Source: Octopus sinensis (lineage: Eukaryota). From it: a stretch of DNA of 64,000 bases. Where the stretch lies: the NCBI RefSeq assembly GCF_006345805.1, contig NC_042998.1, forward strand, positions 181,784,001-181,848,000, written 5' to 3'. The position numbers and the translations under genes are program-made. Under the pieces are notes generated by a model. The model searched no databases. It saw only the letters and a list, made by a program, of their open reading frames with translations, and was not told where the DNA came from. Each line of letters begins with the position of its first letter. The first letter of the stretch is position 1. Positions 51,518 to 63,114 of the stretch are shown one piece after another.

Positions 51518-52175
51518 AATCAACATGTTAATGATTCTGCGAAAGCTGATTAATATGTTCAAATTAACATTTTTTTTTTTAGGCTCTTCTGTAAATATTT
51601 ATATTAATAGGCAAAGATTAAATAGGTCATGGGCAAAATGCCACATAGTACCTACGCCTCTTTAAATTGATTTTGCATCACACCAAGTTTAATTTCACAT
51701 TTCATCCTTCTGAGATTACTTATTAATAAGCAGTATTGTGATCAGATATCATCAACAAAGTAAAGCAATGTGCATATGTTAGAAAGTAAATTATATTTTA
51801 TTTTTCACTCTTTCTTCTGCAGATTCACATTAGTAGCACTACTTAACTCATATATGAAAAACTGTTGGCGGTCAGTCACTTTAAGAGTTATTTTTATTTC
51901 ATTTGAGCAGTGTTGTGACAGCAGTCAAACAGCTTTCAGCAACAAAAACTATATATATTTATTTATAGAATGAAAAATTACAGAAACAATGGCTGTGAGG
52001 TTATGGTGCTGGGCAATCCATCTGCAATAGTCACAAGCTTTAATCTTAGTAATTTTGCCTCTGAGAAAATTAACCAATTCTTTCTTCATTTTGGTAGGAA
52101 AATTTTTTTTTAAATCTCCACAGTTAAGTGGTTAGTAGTAAGACCCATATATTTCATTATAGTCTTGTCTTTTAA

Positions 52176-52386
52176 CCCTTTAGTGTTCGCATTATTCTAC
52201 CAAAATTAATGCTTTTTCATCCACATTGCCTTGAACTAATCATGCATTATCTTGTAGCTTTGAGATTTTGATGAGGTAGCTGTTAATTTTTAAAACGATA
52301 TTGTAGGGTTGGTGTGAGAGACCAGATCTGGCCATTTTGAACATAAAACAGACAGAATACTTTTGGCCCGTTTAAATGCTAAAGGG
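52176..52386 (+). mobile_element. piggyBac-type MITE
   Basis: TTAA|CCCTTTAGTGTT...AATGCTAAAGGG|TTAA. Confidence 0.8.
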
Positions 52387-52740
52387 TTAAGAGAAAAAAA
52401 TGTATCTAAATATTATCATTTATCAAGTAAATATTTCGTACATTTGATTTGTCTGCTTTTTTAGTGATTCTAATTATACTTCAACCAACAGATCACATTC
52501 TCTATTTATTTACTTCTCTTTCTTAGCTCTCTATATTGTCTGCATTCATTTAGTTACTACAACTGCTACAGAATATGAACTAACCTTTTTGTGAACCAAC
52601 TGTTTGCGTTCACTGGGTGATTATGGTTACTGTACAATCTATTGTGGTTTGAAATATTACCAATTACACTGCAATCTACCCTTAAACAAAATTTGATTAA
52701 TCTAACTGAAAATGAAAGTTGAGTGATGTGTTAAAGACAT

Positions 52741-52915
52741 TCATCATCATCATCGTTTAACATCCGTTTTCCCTGCTAGCACGGGTTGGACGGTTCGACC
52801 GGGGTCTGGGAAGCCAGGAGACTGCACCAGGCTCCATGAGTGTAGTGGGTGCTTTTTACGTGCCACCGGCACAGGTGCAAGGGGAGGCTGGCAGCAGCCA
52901 CAATTAGTTGGTGCT
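52741..52915 (-). mobile_element. (GAT)n-tail SINE
   Basis: TCATCATCATCATCGTTTAACATCCGTTTTCCCTGCTAGCACGGGTTGGACGG. Confidence 0.8.
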
Positions 52916-53323
52916 TTTTATAAATTACTGTAACCATATGTACAAATATTACAAATGCTTGAACTATCCAGTTTAATTATGATTAATAAATAGTCTGAAG
53001 GAAAAGTATGATGAGGAATGCAGCAGTCATGTAAATTTCTCCACCTATTACCAACTCTTTTAGAGACTATCATTTACTCCATTCTCAGTTAAGGTTACAT
53101 TGGTTTCAAATTTTGGCACAAAGCCAGCAAGTTTATGGGAGGAGCTAAGTCAATTACATCAATCCAAGTGCTCAACTAGTACTTTTTTTATCGACCCTGA
53201 AAGGATAAAAAGCAAATTTGAACTCAGCATAAAGACAGACAAAATGCTGTTAAGCATTTTGACTGGCATGCTTGCGATTCCTACCAGCTTGCGACCTTAG
53301 TTAAGGTTATATTAACAATGGTA

Positions 53324-53535
53324 AAGGCGGCCAGCTGACAGAAACGTTAGCGCGCCGGGCGAAATGCTTAGCGTTATTTCGTCTGTCATTACGTTCTGAG
53401 TTCGACTTTGGTACTTTATTTATCGACCCCGAAAGGATGAAAGGCAGTTTCGCACTGGGGGTCGATGTAATTGACTTAATCTGTTTGTCCTTGTTTGTCC
53501 CCTCTATGTTTAGCCCCTTGTGGGCAGTAAAGAAA
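53324..53535 (+). mobile_element. SINE family B
   Basis: GGCGGCCAGCTGACAGAAACGTTAGCGCGCCGGGCGAAATGCTTAGCG...GCCCCTTGTGGGCAGTAAAGAAATA. Confidence 0.85.
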
Positions 53536-54295
53536 TATATATTAACAATGGAATAGCCTTGCTTCCTTTTATTGGCTACAGGTTTAATAAATAGTTTCAA
53601 ACTTACTGAAAAGTTACCAGGTTATAGAAATGTTTTCTGCCTACAACAATTTTTTTTTTAAATACCTATACTAGATAATGATCAGTTTTTCTACCTTTAG
53701 ATTTAAAAAATGATTATCTATAGACGCAAACCATTTATTGGATAAGTACAATTAATATGAAAGTTGGACAGTTACAGATTAGTGTACTGTGGGATTAGTT
53801 GGTGCAAGATTTTACACAGAAAAAGAGGTTGCTTAGCACTCGGCCATCTTTAACCAAGCCAACTGATTCGACAGCATTCCAGCCATGACCATCCTGTCGT
53901 TTCTTTCCTTTTTTCACAGTGTACCTAGGACTACATTATCTAATGTATTCTTTGTTTATTTAAGACAATACAGTATAATTTGAAGGAGATTTGACTGCAA
54001 TTCTGGCAAGTTGACTGCAAAAACAATTAGGTACTTGAGTGGAAATGTCCCAACACCAACGATTTCTGAAGAACATTTGTTTTTTGTTTTTTTATAACAC
54101 CATGAAATTCCATCGCATTGGAAAATAGTATTTAATCTATGCATTGTTAAAAAGCTAACCAAAAATAATTATGCAGTGAAGAAATAAATATTAGTCAATA
54201 ACTAATATTTTTATTATTTTGACTAGTACAGAAGCCAACACTGACATGTTTTAGTGTTATGAACAGGTTAATAATGCAGCCTTCACGAAAGTGTG

Positions 54296-54925
54296 AAGGT
54301 GTGTGGCTCAGTGGTAGGGTGTTGCTCTCATGATTACAAGACAATAGTTTCAATTCCCAGACCAGGCAGTGCATCATGTTCTTGAGCACATTGCTCCAAT
54401 CCACTCAGCTGTAAATGAGTAACCCTCAATGGACTGACACCCCTTTCAGGGAGTATGTTGTGATCCTGGTCACTTATATGCCATGGAAACCAAGTAACTG
54501 GCTCTGAGTCCTAGGACTTGAGATTGTATTTACTTTACTTCACCAAGATAACTGGTGCCAGTATGGCTGTGTGGTAAGAAGTTTGTTTCCCAACCATATG
54601 ATGCTGGGTTCAATCCCACTGAATGGCATTTTCGGCAAGTGCCTTCTACTGTAGCCTTGGGTCAACCAAAGCGTTGTGAGTGGATTTGTTAGAGAGAAAG
54701 TGAAAGAAGCCCATTGTATTTATATATATGTATTTGTTACCCCACAACTGCTTGACAACTGGTGTTTATGTCCCACATCTCTTAGCGGTTCAGCAAAAGA
54801 GACTAACATAATAAGTACCAGGTTTAAAAAGATAAGATTTGAGGTTGATTAGGTTGACTAAAACTTCCACAAGGTGGTGCCCCAGCATGGCTGCAGCCTA
54901 ATAACAAACAAGTAAAAGATTAAGT
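54296..54925 (+). mobile_element. Two adjacent old tRNA-derived SINEs (another family at ~54296-54530, family A at ~54554-54925)
   Basis: Heads GTGTGGCTCAGTGGTAGGGTG...TTCAATTCCCAG and GTATGGCTGTGTGGTAAGAAG...GGTTCAATCCCACTG. Confidence 0.7.
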
Positions 54926-55470
54926 AATGATTACTAAATATACAGTCGACACAGGTAGATTTCATTTAGATGATTGCCAGTGTCAAGAAATAAATGTATC
55001 ACAGGAACATCTAACACCAGCTGATCATCAGCTACAAGTTGTTTAACTCTAAGTTATCTCTATCAAGCAGACACTATCAAAAGCATTCCTGTAGTGACCA
55101 CCTCATCTTTTTTTCCTTCCCAATGTGCCTCCCCAAAGCAAGGTGTGATTTGGTTACTGCTTCTAACAGATCAACCAAACCATGCAGTTTGGCTTGTTAA
55201 TTACATTTGATTCTCACCAAAGTTATCCTTTTAATGTCAACTTTTCTGTGCTTACAAGCATCAGATGAGACTGTTGGAATAGTTTTCTACAGCTGGATGC
55301 CCTACCTGGTACCAACCCTTACCTGTTTCCAAGCAAGGTAAAAATCTACCGGTCTAACAAACAAATAGCCCAGGTATAACTACACAGAGAAGTAGAAACA
55401 ATGTCCTTGTCCAAACGCATCTTTTGTTTACAAATACGGCAACATATGAAGAAGCCCAGACATACTTCAA

Positions 55471-55681
55471 CCCTTCAGCATTCAAATTATCCTGTTAAAA
55501 GTGATAATTATTCACATCATTTTCAATTAATTGTGCATTATCTAACAGCTTCAAGATTTCTATGGTGTGGTTGTTTGCTTTTAGAATGACTTTGTTAGAT
55601 GAATGTGAGAGATCAAAACTGGCCAGTTTGAACATAGAACAGAATATTTTGGCCAGATACGGCCAGTTTAAATGCTATGGG
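55471..55681 (+). mobile_element. piggyBac-type MITE
   Basis: TCAA|CCCTTCAGCATT...AATGCTATGGG|TTAA. Confidence 0.7.
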
Positions 55682-55809
55682 TTAAAAACTGAATGCAAAC
55701 AACACAGCCTTTACAAACATACACTGTCAATTACAAATAGCAGAAACAGGGTGACATGGTGAAATATAAACTCATTTACATAAACATGCATTCACACACA
55801 CAGGGTAAA

Positions 55810-56117
55810 GACCCCCTTCGGTCATGAATGAGCATAGGATTGCACCTAGAAAGTTACCCTCGGAGGCATAAGTCCAAACAAAGTTTATGCAGTTGCCCAT
55901 GCAAACCAGCCTCCCTTCTCCATGCCATCAATGTTATTCAAGAGAAAAGCAAAGGCTGATACAGCTTGGCACCAGTGACATTGCAACTCATTTCATTGAA
56001 CTGGAGCAATGTGAAATAATGTGTCTTGTTCAAGAACACAACACATGGCCAGGTCTGGGAATTGAATTCACTACCTCATGACTGTGAGCCCAACACTCTA
56101 ACCACTGAGCCATGCAC
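55810..56117 (-). mobile_element. tRNA-derived SINE (further family)
   Basis: Minus strand GCATGGCTCAGTGGTTAGAGTGTTGGGCTCACAGTCATGAGGTAGTGAATTCAATTCCCAG head. Confidence 0.7.
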
Positions 56118-56448
56118 ACACATCATCATCATCACCACCACCATCATTTAATGTCCCTTTCTCTATGGTTGGATGGTTTGACATGAACAGACAAACCAGA
56201 GGGTTGTGCCAAGTTTCAATGCCTGCTTTTGCATGGTTTCCACAACTGGACGCCTTTCTTAATACCAACCACTTTGCAGACATGGGGTTGTGATAAGAAA
56301 TCTGCTTCCCAACCACATGGGTCTAAGTTCAGTCCCACTGCACAGCACCTAGAGTAAATGTCTTCTACTCTGGCTCCGAACTAACCAAAGCCTTGTGAGT
56401 GGATATGATAGGAAGAAACTAAAAGGAGCCCATCATATGTATATATAC

Positions 56449-56480
<32 letters not shown>

Positions 56481-57603
56481 TCACATGCAGTTAAATTCAT
56501 GTCCAGTCATAGAGTGACCAATGGTTTTTGCATCCTTAAAACACTTAGCATTAGAGACAACTCGTCGGACTCTAATGGTGGAGGGCATATAACCTCTCTT
56601 CAAATTGGAGGTAGAAAACCGTTAAGGTCAGTTAATTTGTAAACAAAAGAATAATATAGTTTGAGCTTCAAATAGGATAAGTTATCTCCCTTAGACCAGT
56701 CTAGTTGGCAAATTTTATGAACCTTAAGGGCAAAGAGGGAAACTCTACTCTTAGGTTGTTTCCGGTCTGCAAGAACATTTTGCAACTCTAATCGACAAAC
56801 AGGGAGTCTCACGCCAGCAACATGTAGCATTTGAAATGAGGGCAGGGGCTATAGATCTCATGTCTTGAGTTTAAGCGATACCTTGTGTCCAGTGAGTCCT
56901 TAAGGATCTTTGCTTGCTCTGCTATGCAAAGCTTGCATCATCCTGTTTATATAGGAACCCAGATGCTCTATAATCCTCCATTTAATTGCGTATGGGATTC
57001 ATTCATCTTTAAGGTGCCACACGACTAGCCAGAGATGTGACATAATGTCTTTCCGGAACCCTAAAAGAGGACCTGTAGTTGTACAGGCATTACTTAACCC
57101 TTTAGCATTTAAACCGGCCATATCCGGCCAAAAGTATTCTGCGTGTTTTATGTTCAAACTGGACAGATCTGGTCTCTCCCACCAACCCTACAATATCATT
57201 TTAAAAATTAACAGCTACCTCATCAGAATCTCATAGCTACAAGATAATGCATGATTAGTTCAAAACAATGTGGATAAAAAAGGATTAATTTTGGTAGAAT
57301 AGTACAAACACTAAAGGGTTAAAGGTAGTTCCAGCTAACCCAATATATCTCTGAACTTGAGTGTTGGTTGTGTTCATACCTCTGGTGTATCTTCCATTAG
57401 CTCTGGGCCTGAAGTTGTTGGAGCTATCATCAGTGGTTATTACAGAGCATGGGTCTGGTGATATTGCTGTAGTTGTTAATGTTGCAGTAGTCATCCCAAC
57501 TGTAGTGCTGGCGTTGCTATCGCTTTATGGATGTGAAGCCATTGGTCACTCTATATCGTTCTATCCTTTAGAGTGTGCTTTTTTGGAAATATGATCCACT
57601 GAC
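56481..57603 (-). mobile_element. 5'-truncated Penelope-like element: GIY-YIG remnant, pLTR with decayed hammerhead, short inverted pLTR piece
   Basis: Minus strand RYIGLAGTTFK|MITE|..YNYRSSFR..TSLAS..WHLKDE.IPYAIKWRIIE. Hammerhead remnant AGAGT-CCGACGA-G...C-AAAAA-CCATTGG-TC-ACTCT (56511-56573). Plus-strand copy GGATGTGAAGCCATTGGTCACTCTAT at 57529-57554. Confidence 0.8.
57098..57318 (-). mobile_element. piggyBac-type MITE inserted in the Penelope GIY-YIG coding region
   Basis: TTAA|CCCTTTAGCATT...AACACTAAAGGG|TTAA. Confidence 0.85.
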
Positions 57604-58259
57604 AATATATATAGTCTGTGTTTGTCCTCCACTATTGCTTGACAACTGGTGCTGGTTTGTTTACATCCCCCATACCTCAGCAGTTCAACAAAAGCAAACA
57701 GTGGTATAAGTACCAGGATTTAAAAAAAAGGACAGGGTGATTTGTTCAACTTGGTGCCCCAGCATGGCCACTGAAACAAATAAAAGATATTCTTTTAGTT
57801 TCCCTCTACTAATTACACCCAGAAGTGTTAGTTGAATCACAGCTATAGTATAGACTGTTAACCAACATAAATGTAGTGTAACCAGATCCCTAATTACAAG
57901 GTTCCAAATTGAACTTCTTAACCACACAGCCACTGTATCAAATACTAGAACTCCATAGTATCAATACAAAGTGAAATGTGATATCAACTATCATGAAGTT
58001 AATTAGCAAAATTTTAATAAAAAATTGTATATCTTTGGCAAGTGTCTTCTAATATAGCCCTGGGTAAACCAATGTCCTGTAAGTGAATCTGGTAGACAGA
58101 AATTGTGTAGAAGCTCATCATATTTATGTATTTGTCCCCACTCCATTGCTTGACACTTTTGCAGTTTGAATTTTACTGAAATCACATCAATAATTTTATT
58201 TTATATTACAATTTATAAACAATGGCATTGTTGGGATTACAGGTTTCCAATGAGCTAAT

Positions 58260-58585
58260 CATTTTTTTTTTATTGTTATCTCTTACTTCTGTTATTGGAC
58301 AGCAGTCATGCTCAGGCACCTTCTTGAAGGGTTTAGTTGAGCAAATCAACCCCAGTACTTATTCTATTGGTCTTTTGCTGAACCACTAAGTTATAGGGAT
58401 GTAAACAAACCAACACCGATTGTCAAGCAATGGAAAGGGGACAAATACACATATTCAGTTTTTGCCTACCAAATTCACTCACAAGACATTATTAGGCCCG
58501 GGGCTACAGTAGAAGACGCTTGCCAGAGGTAAGTGTCTGGACCCGAAACCACATGTTTGCAAAGCAAGCTTCTTAACCACAGCCA
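58260..58585 (-). mobile_element. SINE family A, old copy
   Basis: CCCAGTACTTATTCTATTGG..GAACCACTAAG..CCAAATTCACTCACAAG..CTTCTTAACCACAGCC. Confidence 0.7.
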
Positions 58586-59257
58586 GGTCTGACAGAGAGT
58601 GACAAAAGAGTGTCTAACCTGATACAAAAGACATGGTACTAAAGTGAATCCTTTAACCATGTGGCCATGTTTTTGCCCACGCACAGCTATTACTCATTCT
58701 CTATTTTAACCATTTCCTCAACATTAAATGGACTTGGCTTTTCCCCTCTATTGCAATGTAAATTAAGTTTTCCTTTCTGTAATATCAAGCCTTAGCTAGA
58801 CCAAACCACTACTAATATAACAATAAACTGATAGATTATTTATACCGCTGAGTAGGAAACAGGCTAACATTCAGCTATCTTAAAAATGAAGATGATAAAG
58901 ACAAAACATTATTTGTAATACTTCCATTCCCTTATTTGTTTAATAGGAAGACAGCTTTTAATATGAAAAATAGAATTTTTGTTTTGCTTTTCTATAGAAT
59001 TAGGATGAGGGAAGTATATCCGTCCACACCATAAAGTAGGACTTACGATGTTGTCAGCTGGTTGGTGCATTGTGAGTGGATCTAAAAATAGCTTAGGAAA
59101 TATAGCAAAATTTTTGGAACATAAAATTACATATATCTATTATATATCATTGAGATACGAGAGGAGATTAATACATAAAGCATTAGCCAAATGATTCAAC
59201 ACCAATTAGAAACCAAGCAAACTGTTATGAAAACAATTTCTGTAATTTAAATACATA

Positions 59258-59472
59258 TACAGGGGGGAGGGCTGAAAAGTTCCTGGCTTAAGGGTATCGC
59301 AAAAGGCCTAGCTGGAGGCCCAACCTGAGTTCTTTTACAGGGCTTAGAAAAACTGAAGGACTACTGCAATGTGTGAATCTGAGAGAGGAATATGTTGAAT
59401 AAAATCATAATTAACTGATCCCCTATATTTTCTTTTACCCAAAGCTTGAAAGTTTTCAGCACACCCTCATTT
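59258..59472 (+). mobile_element. Mariner-derived MITE
   Basis: Ends ..GGGCTGAAAAGTTCCTGGCTT / AAGCTTGAAAGTTTTCAGCACACCCTC, with the transposase C-terminal tail ..EEYVE* inside. Confidence 0.65.
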
Positions 59473-60182
59473 ATATATGTGTGTGATCATCATTTAATGT
59501 CAGTTTTCCATGCTAGTATGTGATGGATATAAATATACATCATCATCATTTAACATCCACCTTCCATGTTAGCATGGGTGGAATGGTTTCACAAGAGCTG
59601 GCCAGGCAGAAGCCTGCACCAGACTTCTGTGACTGTTTTGGCAGAATTTTTACAGCTGGATGCCCTTCCTAACACCAACCACTCAGCAGAGTGGACTTTT
59701 TACATAACACAAGCACAGGCGAGGTCAGTTTTGGCAAGGTTTTTACAACTGGATGCCTTTCCAAACACCAACCACTTTACTGTGTGGACTGGGGGCTTTT
59801 AAGTGGCACCTAAACTGACAAGGTCACCAAGTACCTGAAAGACAAAAAAAAGCTTTCAAGAGGGGAGGAGGTGATCTTGTGTATGAAAGGTGAGACAGAT
59901 ACAGGTGTCTTGCTGTAGAGGTAGTACAAGCTTAGCCAGTGGGAGAGAGAGAGAGATCAGGAATGAACGCAGAAACATGTGTGCTGCCGCAAAGGAAATA
60001 CACAGTTATCCAACCTAAGGGAAGTGCAGAAGAGAAAGTGGGAGACAGCAGGATAGAGATGGTGCAAAATGCCGGGCATACCCAGAAGGAACAGGGATCA
60101 GAATATAAATGGGATGGTTGAGTAAAGGAAGAGACAACAGAGATGGTGGCATGTGCCAGGGTTATACCCTTGAGGTTCAAAA

Positions 60183-61845
60183 GCCCATCCCATAAATAAT
60201 GTAGTTTTTTTACACTTATTTCTCAAAATTAAGATAAAGTTATTTTTAAATCTAAAATATACTCTCCTTCATTTTCTACAATGCTCTTCCATCTATCTGT
60301 GACAAAAAAATATTCCTCCAGTACTATTCTGACTTTTTTTTTTTTTTTACTTGTTTCAGTCATTTGACTGCGGCCATGCTGGAGCACCGCCTTTAGTCGA
60401 GCAAATCGACCCCGAGACTTATTCTTTGTAAGCCCAGTACTTATTCTATCGGTCTCTTTTGCCGAACCGCTAAGTGACGGGGACATAAACACACCAGCAT
60501 AGGTTGTCAAGCAATGCTAGAGGGACAAACACAGACACACAAACATATACACACACATACATATATATATATATATACATATATACGACGGGCTTCTTTC
60601 AGTTTCCGTCTACCAAACCCACTCACAAGGCATTGGTCGGCCCGAGGCTATAGAAGAAGACACTTGCCCAAGATGCCACGCAGTGGGACTGAACCCGGAA
60701 CCATGTGGTTGGTAGGCAAGCTACTTACCACACAGCCACTCCTGCGCCTTGTCTACAGAATTTATATTTTTTCCGTCCAAATGATTTTGAAGACTGGAAT
60801 AAATGATAATCAGATGGGGCAATGTCTGGCCAATATGGTGGGTGCGGCATCATTTCCCATTCAAACTACTCCAGCTTTTGGAATGTCATCCTTTCTGAAT
60901 GTAGCTGAGCATCATCCTGAGGAAGAACACCTTTCATCTTGAAATCAAAGATGGTCGTTTTTCTTCTGGCGCTGACTTAAGCCGCTCAAGCTGCTCACAG
61001 ATCTTCTTTATCGTTTGGTTTGGTTTTAAAATTTCAAAATGGACTAAACATTTCATATCTCATCAAACAGATAACACCTTACGTGGGTGAAGACCTTCTT
61101 TATGTTGGGGTGCCTGTATTTATCCTTTCCCTACCTACTAAATTTGGTGCTTGACATTTTTATAGAGAACCCATTTCTTGTCACCAGTCACTATTCGGTA
61201 CAAAAAAGGTTGTTTGAGCTCTACAGATCTTCCAAGATGAGGCACGTCTTCTAGGCTGTAGTTTCCAGCTCAGAATTTCTGAAACTACCGCTGACACTGG
61301 CTTACGCTTATTGTCTGATCCCCATATACAGCATTAATATTCCTTGCGCTTTCCGTTGCTTTTATTGAACATATGAAGCAAAATGTGGTTGCAGAAATTG
61401 TCTGATGGCTATGACTGGGTTCTCCTGCTTGTGTGGCATGGTGCAGAGTCCTGTTGCCAGACCTAGGGTCTTTCAGGATACATGACAGCAAAGAGCACAC
61501 ATTCACTCTCTGTACACAATTAGGTTCAGATGTTTGTGAAGAACCCACTGACCCAATTTGCTGACTTTTCTGATGGCACACAGGTGTCGATGAATAGTTG
61601 AATGGCCAAATCCAAGCTTCTCTGCTAGTTCAACAGTTATGATATGATTTTGTTCCACCAGGATTTGTAGTACATTCTCATCAAGCTCTACAGATCTTCC
61701 AAGACTAGGCTCATCTTCTAAGCTGTAGTTTCTGACTCGGAATTTCTAGAACCACCATTGACACTGGCTTACACTTATTCTCCAATCCCCATCTACTGCA
61801 TTAATATTCCTCACACTTTCCATTGCGTTGTTGCCTTTATTGAAC
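60183..61845 (-). mobile_element. Mariner (DD34D) transposase pseudogene with internal self-duplication, split by a SINE
   Basis: Minus strand ESVRNINAVDG..CQWWF (HTH), GQWV.HK, RIVTGDKKWV, PHPPYWPDIAPSDYHLF, WKSIVENEGEYILD, then a TIR-like end near 60183-60210. HTH block at both 61218-61370 and 61685-61845. Confidence 0.85.
60334..60748 (-). mobile_element. SINE family A, full-length young copy
   Basis: Minus strand GGCGCAGGAGTGGCTGTGTGGTAAGTAGC...GGTTCAGTCCCACTGCGTGG...CAGTCAAATGACTGAAACAAGT followed by poly(A). Confidence 0.92.
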
Positions 61846-61847
61846 TC

Positions 61848-62090
61848 ATCATCATCATCGTTTAACGTCCACTTTCCATGCTGGCCTGGGTTGGACGGTT
61901 TGACTGGGGACTGGTGAGCCAGATAGCTGCACCAGGCTCCAATCTGATCTGGCACAGTTTCTACAGCTGGATGCTTTTATGTGCCACTGGCACGAGGGCC
62001 AGTCAGGTGGTACTGGCAACTGCCACACTCAAATGGTGTTTTTATGTGTTACATGCACAAGAGCCAGTCCAGCAGCACTGGCAACATCCT
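61848..62090 (-). mobile_element. (GAT)n-tail SINE
   Basis: CATCATCATCATCGTTTAACGTCCACTTTCCATGCTGGCCTGGGTTGGACGG. Confidence 0.8.
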
Positions 62091-63114
62091 CGCGCGAATG
62101 TTGCTGGCAAAAATGCTTTGTAGTCAAATGGAATACATTATAACACAGGTTTATTTCCATTCAAGTTGTCCTTCAAAAGTCAAGTAATAAATATAATGCG
62201 ATTAATTCAATGAAACAGCTCAATCATGATAACTGACTTCATATGATTAAGAAATTAGTATTTATATCTTGAATTAGGGTACTATAAAGCAAGAGACATG
62301 TCATACCCATATTCCAATACCAATTGCATGAATAGATTCTTAAATCCGCTGCTTGAGACATCAATGTGGACTGGAGGCCTATATAAGCAAAGACTAAATG
62401 AGTGCCTGCTAAAACTAGTTCCACATACCCCCCCCCCACCTTAAAGTTGGAAACACATGCATACATGTTCGATTGCTATGAGTGTATGCAAATAAATGGG
62501 TTTACATAGATGTCCATATAACCATACATACAGTTTCTTGTTTTAGGAACCTATGTTAGTCTACATATATCTAGTTACATAAGCACTTATATATGTATTT
62601 CATATACAGGTGTCACTTACTTTCAATATCTTATGACTGCTCAACCCACACCTGCCCCCAACCCTCAGTTTGGCTGTGGTTTGCCCCTAAAGACTTTGTG
62701 GGATTAGAAGGAGACTGTAAGCTTTGAGTAGCCTATGCATATTTACCTATACCTGCTTTCACTGACATGTGCGAAGGCTTAGTACCTCAAAGCATATGCC
62801 AGAAAAAGTACTCTTCTTTTTCACAGCTATCGACAATAATTCTTTGCTAGCTCTCACACTCTACTGAAGGCCACAAACTTAGAACATCCACAATCAATGG
62901 AGGTGTTCCAGACTGCTAGACAGTAGTGCTTCTCCTTGGCAGAATACCAAACCAAATTTCATCAAATCTGGTTTTGTTCCTAATTAATTGGGCTATACAT
63001 AACTCTGAGATTATGCATAGTCCTTCAATACTAACTGCAAGTTTTTAAAGTGATCTCAGTAGTTTAAACTTTCCATCAAAACTGCATGATAATTTATATA
63101 AAATTTGCTTAATA

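Larger units (their letters stand above)
56282..57790 (+). mobile_element. SINE family A split at its internal (TA)n by a Penelope insertion
   Basis: 5' half 56282-56480 (..CCACATGG..AGTCCCACTG..CCAAAGCCTTGTGAGTGGAT), 3' half 57604-57790 (GTGTTTGTCC..TTGCTTGACAAC..GCCCCAGCATGGCC). Confidence 0.75.

Noticed and set aside
62805-62865. Strong acceptor TCTTCTTTTTTCACAG
   Set aside because: All three frames stop within 14 codons and there is no upstream gene model to attach it to.
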